A DNA stretch of 64,000 nt from Octopus sinensis (lineage: Eukaryota): the NCBI RefSeq assembly GCF_006345805.1, contig NW_021832224.1:62001-126000 (forward strand). The letters are read 5' to 3'. How positions within the stretch are numbered: the first letter of the stretch is position 1; each line of letters opens with the position of its first letter. The translations under genes were made by a program, and so were the position numbers. This document shows positions 38,148-50,860 of this stretch, piece after piece. The notes beneath the pieces were generated by a model. It was not told the DNA's origin, searched no databases, and worked only from the letters and a program-made list of their open reading frames with translations.

Positions 38148-39538
38148 TTAAAAATGTAATTTTTTAGTAACAATTTCATAAATGATCTTTCTTCTAACAA
38201 AGGGAATGTCGCCCTGAATCAAAAATCGGAAATAAGCAAACTTGACAGTAAACAAGTGGTCGACGTCGAGATAGCAGTTCAGCGTTAGTACAAGCAAACA
38301 CACCACAATCATTCCCATTCTTCTGCTGTGGATTTACCTATTGGACAATATAGCCACAATTACTAACAGAAGGAGTCAACAATTCCCATTCGTCTTTATC
38401 AAACAAGTAATTTGCTGGTTTTTTATCAGCAAACTCTTCCTGTAGGTAATTCCTAGAGACAGTCAACATTCAAATCAAACAAAATAGTAGTGAGAATATT
38501 CATAGAATTGCCCGAATCCAACCCCGCCAATGAATCATAATATTCGATCTTCTTTTTAGTAAAATCCACAGCCTTGAATGATTAATCCACCAAAACAAAC
38601 CACTAGACACCAATGGATGCTCAAATGGATGGGAATTAGTAATAGTTCGAGAGAAAATATATTAATATTCTGCCTCTTGGTCCATCTCCTCACTCCATTA
38701 TATCCACTCGAACACAATTTTGGGTAGAAAAAAGTATTCAAACAAAAAGTCTCAGCCAAAAAATAGGGAGAAGTCGCCAAATTGGCTTTATGTTCCGCAG
38801 ACCTCGCATTTATTAAATGAACGTAAAAATTGATAACCTAAGCTGAATATAGCAATATTACGTCATTGTTCAGCCAGTTATTAGGCCTCAACGATTCAAG
38901 ATCCTCCGCAGAGATATTTAATCCAAAACCAGAGGATACTACTTGCGGATTTCCCATACAACACTTGTCTACTAATTCTTCCATTGTCGATGTCAGAGGG
39001 GGCCACAGTGAGGGTGGGGGTCTTGAGAAAGGGACTGGCATAGTCGCGGATACGCGGAGCTTCTTGGAAATCAGGTCGGCCAAATCTTGTGTGATTTGAG
39101 TCCTTCTTTCCTCCAATTTGGATAAGAAGGATTGGATTTGTTCGATTGTCCGAGATTTTATTGGAGTGATGGTTTCGGGTCTTAAAATTATTTGGTCGAC
39201 ATTACAGCAATATTGTGTCAACCTGAGATTCCATCCTGACAAGAATTTGTGAAGATTAATTTACTTTTGAGGCCATGATAAGCTAAGAACTGCTGATGAG
39301 TTGTTTTCAGAGAGAATTGTTGAATTTAGACACTTTTTTGGTGTGGAATTAGAAGGATCCTGTGGTTGAGGGATGGCAAGATCATTTCTGTAATTGATAT
39401 CAAAATGATCCTCGATGACTTTATTTAGTCTAAATGAGGCAGACCGACGTAGATTCTAAAATAAATTTTACATTCTGAGAATACATTGTAAACTAAACCC
39501 AGTTTTGGCGGTACTTTTGAACCATCCACAGGATCCAT
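38148..39538 (-). CDS. SUMO-specific protease (SENP1/Ulp1, C48)
   Basis: LRPNNWLNNDVINFY, LNTFFYPKL...YNGVRRWTK, LIPIHLSIHWCL, YYDSLAG, PQQKNGNDCGVFAC (His/Asp/Cys triad). Confidence 0.93.
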
Positions 39539-40249
39539 TATATAAATTACATTTTATTATTATAAAATTAACATTACTAAATATATAAATTTCAAAATTT
39601 ATTTTTCAAATGTTATTTAGATTGTCGCTCGTCTGCTAATTTTGGTTGTTGAGGAAGTTTTTCTCAGAAAATTAATATTTCTGCAAACAAGTGTCTTTTT
39701 GCAAAATATAATTCTTATTTGTGAAAAATATAATTCTTATTTGTGAAACATGAAATTTGTTTTTCTAGAATTCCAAGTCCATTATTCCTATTGGTGCCAT
39801 TTATTTGATTTCAAAAATATGTTTTCGTTATGCGATGGTCAATTGTTATAATCAGTGTAGAGTCACATTAAGCGAGTAATAGTGCCTGTGTTGTTATGGT
39901 TTGATGTAATCTTTCTAAAACTGCTTACGCCTTTCAGTACTAATTTTACCTTAGCTTTGTGAATTGATTATAATTCACTAGTTAGAATGTCATATTTGTG
40001 TAGTTTTTCTACTTCCCCGGATTAAATTATCCATTAACGTGACACATTTTAATGATCCATATTAAATTTTTTCCACCGGTAATAATATTTCAAACAGTAC
40101 TTTTCGGCAATGTCGGAAATTTAGAAATCTCTTTATTACTTTGTCAATTTAAGTCAATTAAATTGCAGTTTCATTTTATATTGCAATTTTAGTTCAGTCT
40201 AAATTGTAGTATCGATTGGGACACAATACAGTGCAAAGAGTGATTTTTC

Positions 40250-40931
40250 AATCTTGTAGATATTTCGTTTCAAATCAATGACATCGCGTTGCGAGTCTGC
40301 CGTTTTATGCAAAGATTTACAAAGTGGGCATTAAAGCCTCTGAAAAAGATGTTCTGTCTGTAAGAAAAGAGAAAATAGCCTCAGATTTAGGAGATATATT
40401 CCCTTTATTTAGCCATGTTGAAGTTTGGATGTCAAATTATTTTACAGCGACTCAAATAGCTTTGTGTGCATAGTGATTTAGCGATTTTCTTGAATTTGCT
40501 TGTTTCATATTTGCAAAAATTCTGTGATTGTAGCCATGTTTGGTTTTCTTTTCTGTTCAGACCAAAAAATTGCTACTTTTCTCATAAGATTAACTTTCTA
40601 AGTCGGATTTAAAGTCTAATAGCATTTCCCCCGTTTTAAAAATAACTGATAGATATTCCCTTCCAAAATATATACAGTTTTCTTTACCGGCTGAATGGAA
40701 GTAGATGTTCAATAGCTTTCTGACAAATTTGTCCATTTCCTTGAAACGAGATGGCCCCAGATCACAAAGACGAAATAACAGAGCATCTTCATTCATTGCT
40801 CCAAATAGGTTGCCAAAATATTTCTTTTGACGAATATTTTTTTTAAGTTTCTTTATCCAGAAATATGTGAAACAACTTTTGTGGAAAATTTTTTTCGATA
40901 AGACCAAGGAAACAATGACGTAAACCGCCAC
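40250..40931 (-). mobile_element. Relic homologous to the 28.4-28.9 kb Ginger/KRBA-like sequence
   Basis: Shared IFKTGEMLLDFKSDL segment; intronless and degenerate. Confidence 0.45.
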
Positions 40932-40934
40932 GTC

Positions 40935-41065
40935 ATTTTTTCATTAGATTTTCAAATTCATTTTCTAAAACATTTTGATTCATGGATCATTGACGGAACT
41001 TTTAAAAGTGTTCAAATCAATCTGAACAGTTATTAACTATCCAGGGAAAATATTTAGGACAAGTA
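40935..41065 (+). mobile_element. MULE transposase fragment
   Basis: WIIDGTFKSV...QLLTIQGKIF, typical first-Asp region of MULE. Confidence 0.55.
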
Positions 41066-41533
41066 ATTCTGGCGAGTTGTCGCAGTATTGGATTTGTCGA
41101 GTTAGGCAAAACTGGCCTACAGGCAAATTGTTACACAGCCAAAAACTTCAAATCATAAAGTGAAACAAAGTTAAGAAACTCGTTTCACCAGTATTGACTG
41201 ATAAATTCTGATATTTTCATAATATCCTATTTAATAGATCCCAAAAGCAGCAAAATAACTGTAGTGAAAGTCACTTTGAAAATTAAGTTTAATATTATTC
41301 GTTCACAGCATGTATCCTTTTTCCAGCATCACTCCCAAACTTCTTTCACAGCGTTTCTAATATATCACGGTAAAAATGAAATGTTTTAATAATAGCAGTT
41401 TATTTTACAACAAAAATTGAATTTTATACTGTTTGTCTCCAATTCAAATCTAACGGCTCTATTATACGAGAATATTTGTCAAAAAAATTTCATACTAATA
41501 AAATATATTTTAAATCATAAAGTAAAAATAATT

Positions 41534-42001
41534 TTAATTAGACGACTGATTTCTTGAATCGAGACACTCCTTTGCTTGGTTAATTTTGGAAGCTAGGTAA
41601 GGAGAGCCTCCTCGATCGGGATGATTGAGGATCATAATGCGGCGGTGGGCATCTTTGATTCGCTGTTTACTAGCATTTGATTGACTTAGTATTATATATT
41701 TAAATTTGACTTTAATCCTAAAATTAAAAGAGATTCTCGGACAGAAATCTTGTCGTCAAAACCTCCTCGATAATATTTGACTGAATTCTAACAAAATTAA
41801 ATTTGGATAAAACAATGTCTGGGATGAATTCGCCGAACTTGATTTTTTCTATTAATCCAGACCTTTTGGCATATTGTATAAAAAATCGACCCACAATTAA
41901 TATATATAAATACCTCCATATCCTACTGCAGCTGCACCAAGACCCACAGCAATTAGAAAACCAGCCTAAATATATTAACATCAATCACACGTCAATACCA
42001 T
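41534..42001 (-). CDS. DNAJC19: Mitochondrial import motor J-protein TIM14/PAM18
   Basis: M|[17 protein letters not shown]|GRFFIQ...[21 protein letters not shown]...[34 protein letters not shown]; 4 introns; largely missed by the ORF track. Confidence 0.95.
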
Positions 42002-42199
42002 TTGGTGATGCACTATTTTAAAATTATATTATAAATTTTTAAACTAATTTTAATATTTTTATAAATTGAGACTAATATAGATTATTTAGTTTCGCCTGAA
42101 TAAAGGACTACAGAATATCGATGTGTTTTTGTTTAGCCAAACTAATGTCAAATTCTTTGCTTTTGTTTTTCCTAATTCGAAATATTTAAGCGAATATTA

Positions 42200-43154
42200 T
42201 TCACGAGACATGCTTTTTTTATTACTTATATATCCTTTCTGATTTGTCCCGCTGGTCAAGTTTACCTTCCTTTGTCAACCGAAAGAATACGTAAACATAT
42301 ACATTGTATGCTTTACACAAATTTTGTCGAATGAACCTCAGAGAGCCAATTGTCCACAGGTTAAATTACAAAGAGCTGAATTTGCGCGAAAACTTTTTGA
42401 ATATCAAGGAGAGTTGCAAACAATATTGTTTGCTGATTAAACAAATTTCAACTTGCATATTCGTCGTTTAAAAGGTAAATTAATTAATTACTTAAAAGGT
42501 TAGTCAAAAGTTGGATCACGTGCATTGTCTATTTCAGCGACTTTAAAAGGTCCAAATATCCATGTAATTAGAGCTATTTCAGTGCATGAGCTTATTCAAG
42601 TCTGACGGTGCAAAATAGTTTTTAAGGAACTGTCTTTGCAAGGCCTATGAAATAATCAACTCCGGGGTCGTAGTTATAATTAACAATGCCCCATGTCATT
42701 CACGACTGGAAGAAATCTTTCGTGAAGAAGAGTTTATTGAATTCTTCGATTGGCGCCATATACTTTTATGTGCAATCCAATTGAAAATGCATTTTAAAGG
42801 CAGGAGTGAAAAAGATTTATCAACTCATCGTTCATCCATTTTAAAAAATAATCAAACGGACTTGACGCAAAAGAATATTGCTCACAGTGCCTTGAGAGGC
42901 TTATTGAAGAAAGCAATAACTGTTCAAAAATGTGTTGCATTTATACCAAAGATTCAGCGCGAACTTCCAAGTGCAAATCAGACGCAGAACGTCCAATTTT
43001 AAAAATAAGGCTCATTTCCCCCTTTTTCTTCAATTTTATGCGTTGTCGATTAGTTAACTTCTAAATTATAAAATTGAAGTTGCCAACTATAAAATTGAAC
43101 TTATGAGTTATAAAATTAAAGTTTTGTGGTATAGAGTCTATACTATAGACTCTA
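42200..43154 (+). mobile_element. Degenerate Tc1/IS630-like transposon with subterminal repeats
   Basis: Remnants ...NNAPCHS... and LAPY...NPIENAF; three tataaaatt(g/a)aa repeats at 21-bp spacing (43067-43120). Confidence 0.55.
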
Positions 43155-43400
43155 AGAGACCAGAGAATTGAGCTGTTCATTTAAAAAACACGACAAATAA
43201 ATCATATTGGAGACATGTGCAAAAAAGCAAGACTCAAAAAATTGCACTATAAATTCGATAGCACTTCGCTTTAAAATATTTTTTAACACTTTTATTTACT
43301 CAAAGCATTTTTATCGCATTTTATTGCTATTATCCGATTATTTAGAATAAAATTACAATCAAACATTTGTTATAGAAATAATCCAACAATATTAAATGAA

Positions 43401-44198
<798 letters not shown>

Positions 44199-44375
44199 TA
44201 AATAAGACCACCACAACTAAATTAAATAAGTTAAAAAAATTAATTCAAATTAATTATTTAATTTTTACTAACTTACTAATATCTAATTAACAAAAATATT
44301 ATTTTATATCACTACTAATTCACGTGACACAACATCACCAACACAAAAATGATTATTAAAGAACACAGTTAGGAA

Positions 44376-44777
44376 TCAGGCGACCCATCGTCCACATTGA
44401 CAGTTTTGAGGCCTAAAATATTAAAAAGGCCAACCCTTGAAGGTCTCGACAGGGACATAGGACGCGGACACAACCCAGTTGTCAGAGTCCTCCTGACGTT
44501 TCCTGTCCAATCGAATTCTTATTCTTCGTGGAACGTTTTTGATTCCTCGATTCCACAGAAATACATTCAATTCGTTGTCGATCTTCACGTTTTTTACACC
44601 CATCGACTTCTCTGCAAATTTTTTGATGACTTTTATGGCCAATGGAGCACGTGAGCGGAGTTTCCTGGGGATTACATCACACGTAGCTTACTTTCCGAAT
44701 AAATGTCGGTGGAGATGGACTGTGTAATCTCTACATGCAGGAGTAATCGTCTTTTTTATTTTCTCAGCACCCACCAT
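44376..44777 (-). CDS. RPL31: 60S ribosomal protein L31 (eL31), 2 introns
   Basis: RDYTVHLHR...RAPLAIKVIKKFA...KIDNELNVFLWNRGIKNVPRRIRIRL...PVETFK|GLKTVNVD. Confidence 0.96.
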
Positions 44778-44874
44778 TGCACTAACAACAAGGAAATAAA
44801 GCACGTGAAATAATTATATTTTAATATAATAATAAAAAGAATATAAAATAAATAATTTATACAGTTGGTTACGG

Positions 44875-45127
44875 ATGTACAGTATGGGGAAGCAACCTAG
44901 AATATACAAATGTCAAAAAATCGAAATATTTAAATGGAGATTGTAAACCTCCTAGCGAATGTCACGGAAACAAAATTCAACCAAAGGGACTAGAAGAAAT
45001 CGTGAAAAAAAACGGTGGAGACCTCAGGAAAAAAGTCCATGTTCGGGATCCCCGGCCTCTTAGTCAATGCGCTGTAGAACACAGAGAAAAGATGCGAAGG
45101 TTTCTAAAAGAGGCTGGGATCACCTGA
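44875..45127 (+). CDS. Candidate small orphan gene divergent from RPL31
   Basis: cagttggttacggATG start context like neighbouring genes, intron-like 28-nt GT-AG, ends KMRRFLKEAGIT*, a terminus shared with the ORF at 63.5 kb. Exon structure ambiguous. Confidence 0.4.
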
Positions 45128-45199
45128 AATAGTTAAATATGGTTATGACGGTGTTTTTGGTCCTAATAAATAAATAGTTATTCTCCAAAATATTGTTAT

Positions 45200-45700
45200 T
45201 ACAAGCAAGGGTGGCCAATTTTCCGCTCAGAAGCACTAATCTATTTTTAGTATAGTAATCTAGTAATAAAATTTAGTTGTTTATAAATTTCTATAACTCG
45301 GGTTTGCATCCCCATCATGGCGTATTAATACTGCATCGCCACTTTCAACTTCATCATATTTCCATTTTCTCGGTTTGTCATCTTTTCTCCCAATTTTACA
45401 ATATTTTCAAGGGCTATTTAACTTTTTGCACAACTTCAGAATTTGTTAGCTTTTTATTTCGTTTCCCCAAATCTATGGAGAATAAATGGGCCCCCGATGA
45501 TTCCGCGGATCTCCTTAGCTGATTTCTTAAGAGCACATTTTACCATAGCAAATTTTTTAAAGGAATCCAATAAAACAAGAATCTATTATTTAGATTACTA
45601 AATTATTCAGGAATAACTATCATTTCGGGTGGAATAGCGTCTTAAATCGATAAGATCTAAAATGTATCGTTCTCTGGGAGAAGAAGCAATAATAGCGTTA
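45200..45700 (-). mobile_element. Probable C-terminal part of a Ginger/KRBA-like integrase relic
   Basis: VESGDAVLIRHDGDANP segment, similar to segments near 22100 and 59070; degenerate. Confidence 0.35.
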
Positions 45701-46100
45701 TTGCTGGTTTAGTCGCAAGCAATCATTTTGACTAGAATTAATAAAATTGGTAATTTACCTGGCAATAAACACATCTAGATACCTAATTTAAATAGACAAA
45801 TATACTACTTCAATGAATTTTAACTTAAATTCAGCGTCTTCGACACAAAAGAATCGCAATTTTAAGCCATTTTATTAATGTAGATGTTGTTTTCCTTGAA
45901 ACTGAATTTTTATTGTCAATATTTTTTTGCAATGAAATGTTTTTTACAAAAAATATTTTTTTTGTATTTAGATAATTGACATGACCGATCTGGCGCCCCG
46001 GCCGGTCTGGGCGGTGACATAAAATTTAGTTATTTATAAATTTTTATTATATATTTTCTAAAAATATTTAAATTATATTTTATTTTAAAGTTGGTTAGCA

Positions 46101-47561
46101 ATGTCCATAAACAAACCAAAACCTGGTGAATTGAAAAACCTGGACAGAACGTAAAATTAATCAAATAATTAAACAAATAGCTCAGACTTTATCTGCCCTG
46201 TTGTATATAAAAACAGACTTCCAGAAATCCCATTCGAGGCCAAATTCCTCCCCTATCCCGTCGACGTAAAAGCGTAATCATACACATAACCCTCCAAGTT
46301 TCGTCCCCTATAAACCCACAACATTGGAGACCAATTATTCCTACGAACTCCACGTAGAACAAGACCTGGGAATTGACATTGATCTCATCGACCTCGACCG
46401 CTATCAAGCCGACCCAACCAGTATAGCCTCCTCCCCAACCACAGTCGAATTGGACCCGGAAGACTCTGCCATTTTGGAGGACGAATTGGAATCTGACCTT
46501 CCCATGCCTGCCAAGTATATTTGACTAAGTCAGCAGGTCTACTCGGCACGGGAAGAGAGTTTCGTGGTTGCGGAAGACTAGTTATATATCCTCCAACACG
46601 ACGGACAAGGAAGTGCCTGTGGGGAGTCAGGATAGAGGGTTTGGGCCAATTGAGTCACCCAGGTTGGAATCCTCCATTAAAAAGTCTGACGTGGCTTCCT
46701 ATTTTCGGGGACGGGACTCTCAAGTTAAGCTCATCGAACAGAGTTTTAGGGATATTCAAAAACCGGTTGGTTTTTAAATTCATTTTTAGATTGAGAGACA
46801 CCCCACAAAGCCGAATTTGCATCCAGTCGAAATCCTGCCTGTTTTCCCCGACTTTGACGTTTATTTGGAATGTTTGTTGATCGTAGTTGTGGAAACATTC
46901 ATTTTCACATGTGGTGTTTGACAGTGACCCGATCATTGCCAATGTTTCTAAGGAAAGACAGAAAAGTATTATGTCGAAGGCAATGGTCCGGTTGTGTGTT
47001 AATGTGTGAGGAGTAGGGGAATGATGGACTCGAATAATAACCAATATGTGGGCTATTTTGTCCCCAATGAAGACACTCTGGATATTCTATCGAGGGAGGG
47101 TGTGTGTGATTCTCAGACTGAGTATGTCTGGTTATTTATATAGACTGACCTACGACCTGATCAGAGATTACAATTGGAATATTAATAGTCTCGCTAACTC
47201 TTCCGATTCGTGTTTTTTTACATTCAAAGATGACTGTGTTTTTTACAATAAACTGCAGACTTGGTGAGTTGTTGTTTTCTATTTTAAGTGTAAAGCTTAC
47301 GAGGAGGCGACATTTGGACAAGAGTGAACATGTCAGTGTTTCCAAACTGATAGTCAGAAACAGGCCTTTTACGGAGGGCGAATTACAGTCTCAGGTTGAA
47401 TAGGATTGAAGAGTTCCTAGTCCAAGAGAACTGCCTTTCTCGAGATGAATGATGATGATGGACAAGATAGTCCAAAGATTGGGTTTTGTCTTTCTTCGGA
47501 GGATGAAAATTTGGAGACCAACGTGTTTGATGGAGACTATGATAATACTTCTTCCAATTAA
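46101..47561 (+). CDS. PAF1: RNA polymerase II-associated factor 1
   Basis: SDFICPVVYKNRLPEIPFEAKF, FVPYKPTTLE, VEQDLGIDIDLID, VSWLRKTSYIS, HPTKPNLHPVEILPVFPDFDLWK, VVFDSDP, RDYNWN. Confidence 0.95.
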
Positions 47562-47637
47562 TAAAGTCGTCCTTTTATATTTAATGTCCATTTACTAGTT
47601 ATTATAAAAAATAATTTATTCGAGAATAAAAAGGGCA

Positions 47638-49581
47638 TTAGATATCTTTGGGAGAAAAATGTTGAATATAAACAAATCCTGCTTTGACGCAGTAAAATAT
47701 CCAATAACACTTCTTTTGGTCATTTATAGAGCGAACAATATTAATATTCGTGTAGAGGGAGGGATTCATGAGTCCCTCCACATCTATATGGGCACAATCG
47801 ACCCTTTCATCTCTGAAGGACATGTCTCGATCATTCGTGGAGTGAATCAACTTTCCATCCTTATAAACAAGAGAGGCCAAGGTCATTGACAAATATCTGG
47901 CATTATCTCGAATGTATTCCCTCGAGACAAGTCTGATATGAACCAGCAATTGACCCAAATTGTCACACGTAACAAAAGCCTGGCCATCCTGACTAAGAAA
48001 TGCGAAATCATTAAGCAATCCCCGATTATGTCTGAGTGTGTAGAACTGAGTCCCCTTCCTGGCTTCAATCATGGCAGCAGATGTCCTGAACATTGGACTC
48101 AAAATCAAATAACATTTTGAATGTTCACTCCAAAACGTCTTTTTTATAGGAACAAAACATTCCCCATAATCAAATCGTTCGAGTACTATTCCACCCTGAA
48201 GGTAATCAACCAGCACTAAATTCCCATACGAACAACACGAATAAATCAGCGATTTCCTCCCCTCTTTGAATCTCACAAAAATAACAGGCCCGTGGTAGAC
48301 AGACACCACAACCAGTGGAAGCACGTCCGCAGAATTAATGTCCCACACCGCAATCACCCCACGGCCAAAACCAGCAGCCACCAAATTGTGTGGAACGTTC
48401 GGGGACCAATCGACACAACAACACTGCCCCACTTTGAACAAATTTGACAATTGCCGACTATCAATCATCAATTTTGATTTAATTTCAAATACAAAATTCC
48501 CTTCAATTTTCCCCAATGAAAAAGGCGGGGAAAACAGTCTGAGCAATCCATCAGAACAAGCCAATGCCAGCAAACCAAGCATCCCTTCCTTCCGATACCC
48601 TGGATTCCACGAAAGTTGGACAATTCGATATTTTTGAGGACTATAAGAATATTCACGAACAGGCGGGAATTCAATTCTCGGATAGTTGAGACCAACAGAC
48701 CACATCTGCAGCACACACTGGGCAGATGTGGGCAGGTGGGTGTCGTAGGGAGTGCTTTCTATCACATTTCCGTACTTTGAAGGGATTTCCGACGTGCAAC
48801 AAAAACTCATATAAAAACGACGATTTTTTGAAATGAGAGGACACCACTCGGCTGCCACTACCAGTCCCCCGACATTGAAACAAGAATTATCAGAATTGTC
48901 GTTTTTTGACTCGTTTTTTACATCATTTTCTTCTCTCAGAGGTGAGACTGGGCGGACATTGCAAATTCCGAACGGGTTTCCTGTCCAGTCAACTGATGGA
49001 TTCTTCCGGTCGCCAATTTGCTTATTTTCCAAGTCAGAAATGGCGGTTCTGACTTTTTTGTTGAATCTGTTTTTGGTTTTTTTGTTGAACTTGTTTTTCG
49101 GGTATTTTGGAAACGGCAAGTCAACATCCCAATTTGCCTCCAAATTTACCTCCGAATTTGATTCAGAATTTTCATCAGAATTTGACTTTGAATTTCCGCA
49201 GTATTCAAAAAATTTGAGCAGTGAAGTCTCTTTTGAGCGTCTTCTCTTGTTGGGTTGAGTGATTGAAGAGTCGATTGAGGTATTTTTGGACTCGTTTTTT
49301 GTAGAGTGATATTGGTTGTAATGACAGAGTGCATTTTCGTGTCCCTGAATGTCAATTTGGCATATAAAGCAATTAAATGTATGTGATGGCTTGTTGTTGT
49401 ATTTGCAGTACTTAAAGTGAATTTTTATATTACGGAGAATTGTATCTTCGTGAGTACATCCGTCGTGTTTACAAATGAATTTATTTATTTTTTGGTATTC
49501 GGATTTCCATTCTTTAACCAATTCTGCTTTAATATAGCTCCCGGGAGGCAAATAAAAGCACTTTGACAACAAACTATCCAT
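47638..49581 (-). CDS. GTF3C2: TFIIIC subunit 2 (TFIIIC110)-like WD40 protein with N-terminal zinc-finger-like motifs; intronless
   Basis: FNVGGLVVAAEWCP, LGLLALACSDG, GQCCCVDWSP..PHNLVAAGFGRGVIAVWDI; N-terminal CKHDGC..HFKYC and CFIC..HYNQYH. Confidence 0.8.
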   Translation of the reverse strand: MDSLLSKCFYLPPGSYIKAELVKEWKSEYQKINKFICKHDGCTHEDTILRNIKIHFKYCKYNNKPSHTFNCFICQIDIQGHENALCHYNQYHSTKNESKNTSIDSSITQPNKRRRSKETSLLKFFEYCGNSKSNSDENSESNSEVNLEANWDVDLPFPKYPKNKFNKKTKNRFNKKVRTAISDLENKQIGDRKNPSVDWTGNPFGICNVRPVSPLREENDVKNESKNDNSDNSCFNVGGLVVAAEWCPLISKNRRFYMSFCCTSEIPSKYGNVIESTPYDTHLPTSAQCVLQMWSVGLNYPRIEFPPVREYSYSPQKYRIVQLSWNPGYRKEGMLGLLALACSDGLLRLFSPPFSLGKIEGNFVFEIKSKLMIDSRQLSNLFKVGQCCCVDWSPNVPHNLVAAGFGRGVIAVWDINSADVLPLVVVSVYHGPVIFVRFKEGRKSLIYSCCSYGNLVLVDYLQGGIVLERFDYGECFVPIKKTFWSEHSKCYLILSPMFRTSAAMIEARKGTQFYTLRHNRGLLNDFAFLSQDGQAFVTCDNLGQLLVHIRLVSREYIRDNARYLSMTLASLVYKDGKLIHSTNDRDMSFRDERVDCAHIDVEGLMNPSLYTNINIVRSINDQKKCYWIFYCVKAGFVYIQHFSPKDI

Positions 49582-50860
49582 TCAACAAAGGACATGCAAT
49601 TTATTTTACAAGATATAAAAATTGGGTGTTATATTAAAAATAACTATTTAATATCATTTTTTATTTAATAACAATTTCTAAAAATATCAGTCATTAACAA
49701 ATATCAAAAATGTTTTTATTATAAACTCATTGTTTTTTTGTTGACTTTTTTGAATTATGAAACTCTTTAGATGACAGATTTATAATTGTTTTTAACGGAT
49801 TTTTAAATTGTGGATCATTGCTTAGAAGAGGGTCCGGATATGAGTAGTCTAATTTATTGCAAAAACTGTCCTTTTTGTTTTTAGTTTTATACGTTTTTAG
49901 AGCTAAATATTATATAAAAATACATATTTTGTTTGTTTTTGATGTCTTTTTATTATTTTTTATGGCGGATAATGCTTGCCCAATTCTCGTGCCAGATACC
50001 ACAAATTGGGCAAAATTTTTGTTGCCATGGGAAAATTGTGTTTTTTTAAAATGTCCAATTTCTATTTCATCTGAGTGATTTTCTTAGTAATTAAACTTGG
50101 TATACATTTTTTATAAAACTCTTTGTTCGACCGATTTTGCTGTAATTTGATAAAATTTAAAAACGGATTTAAAATCGGTTTATTTTGGCGAATTTGCGCA
50201 GGAGACGATTTTTCTATTACTTTTTGTCAATAATAAACCATATTTTCGGGGAAAAAACTCAAATGGACGTAATATGGATTTTTGTTGCGATTCGTGACAA
50301 TTTTTCTTGTTTTTTTGTCGAAATTTTATTTTGTGTGCATCATATGGAACTGTAGGATTTATTCTATAAAAATTCATAAATTGATCGCTAAGTCGAGAAC
50401 AGGGTTAATTTATAGTCGATTTCTGCTACGTCGATGATGTAATTGATGTTATAAACAATAACCATTGAGGTGTGGAAATCGATGTTTAATTAGTTTAACG
50501 TGAAAATATTTTTTAACAATTATACATGTCCAATTATTTTTTTCGGGTATGTACTATATTTGTGGTATTTTTAAGTATCAAATAAATTAGTTTTTTAAAT
50601 TGGATGATGTATTTAAATAGTTTGAGGTATTAAAAAGTTTATGTGAGTAATAAAGATTTAATTTCAATTAAGTTCTTTTATTATAATTTTGAAGAATTAA
50701 ATCGATTAACCTTAATTCTATTTCTACAAATAAAATAGGATTTTGAAATTATTTATTTTTAAGTCTTTCTTATATGCGACAGCAGATTGAAATTACTAAA
50801 CTATTATTTAAGATCTCCAAATATGATTAATTCCAAGTACTATCGGTACAAAATCAATAA

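Noticed and set aside
39700-39750. 21-bp tandem duplication (also a 31-bp one at ~59280-59340)
   Set aside because: Two-copy slippage duplications in AT-rich DNA with no further structure.
44875-45127. COX17 identity for the small ORF
   Set aside because: The CC and twin CX9C cysteines are absent.
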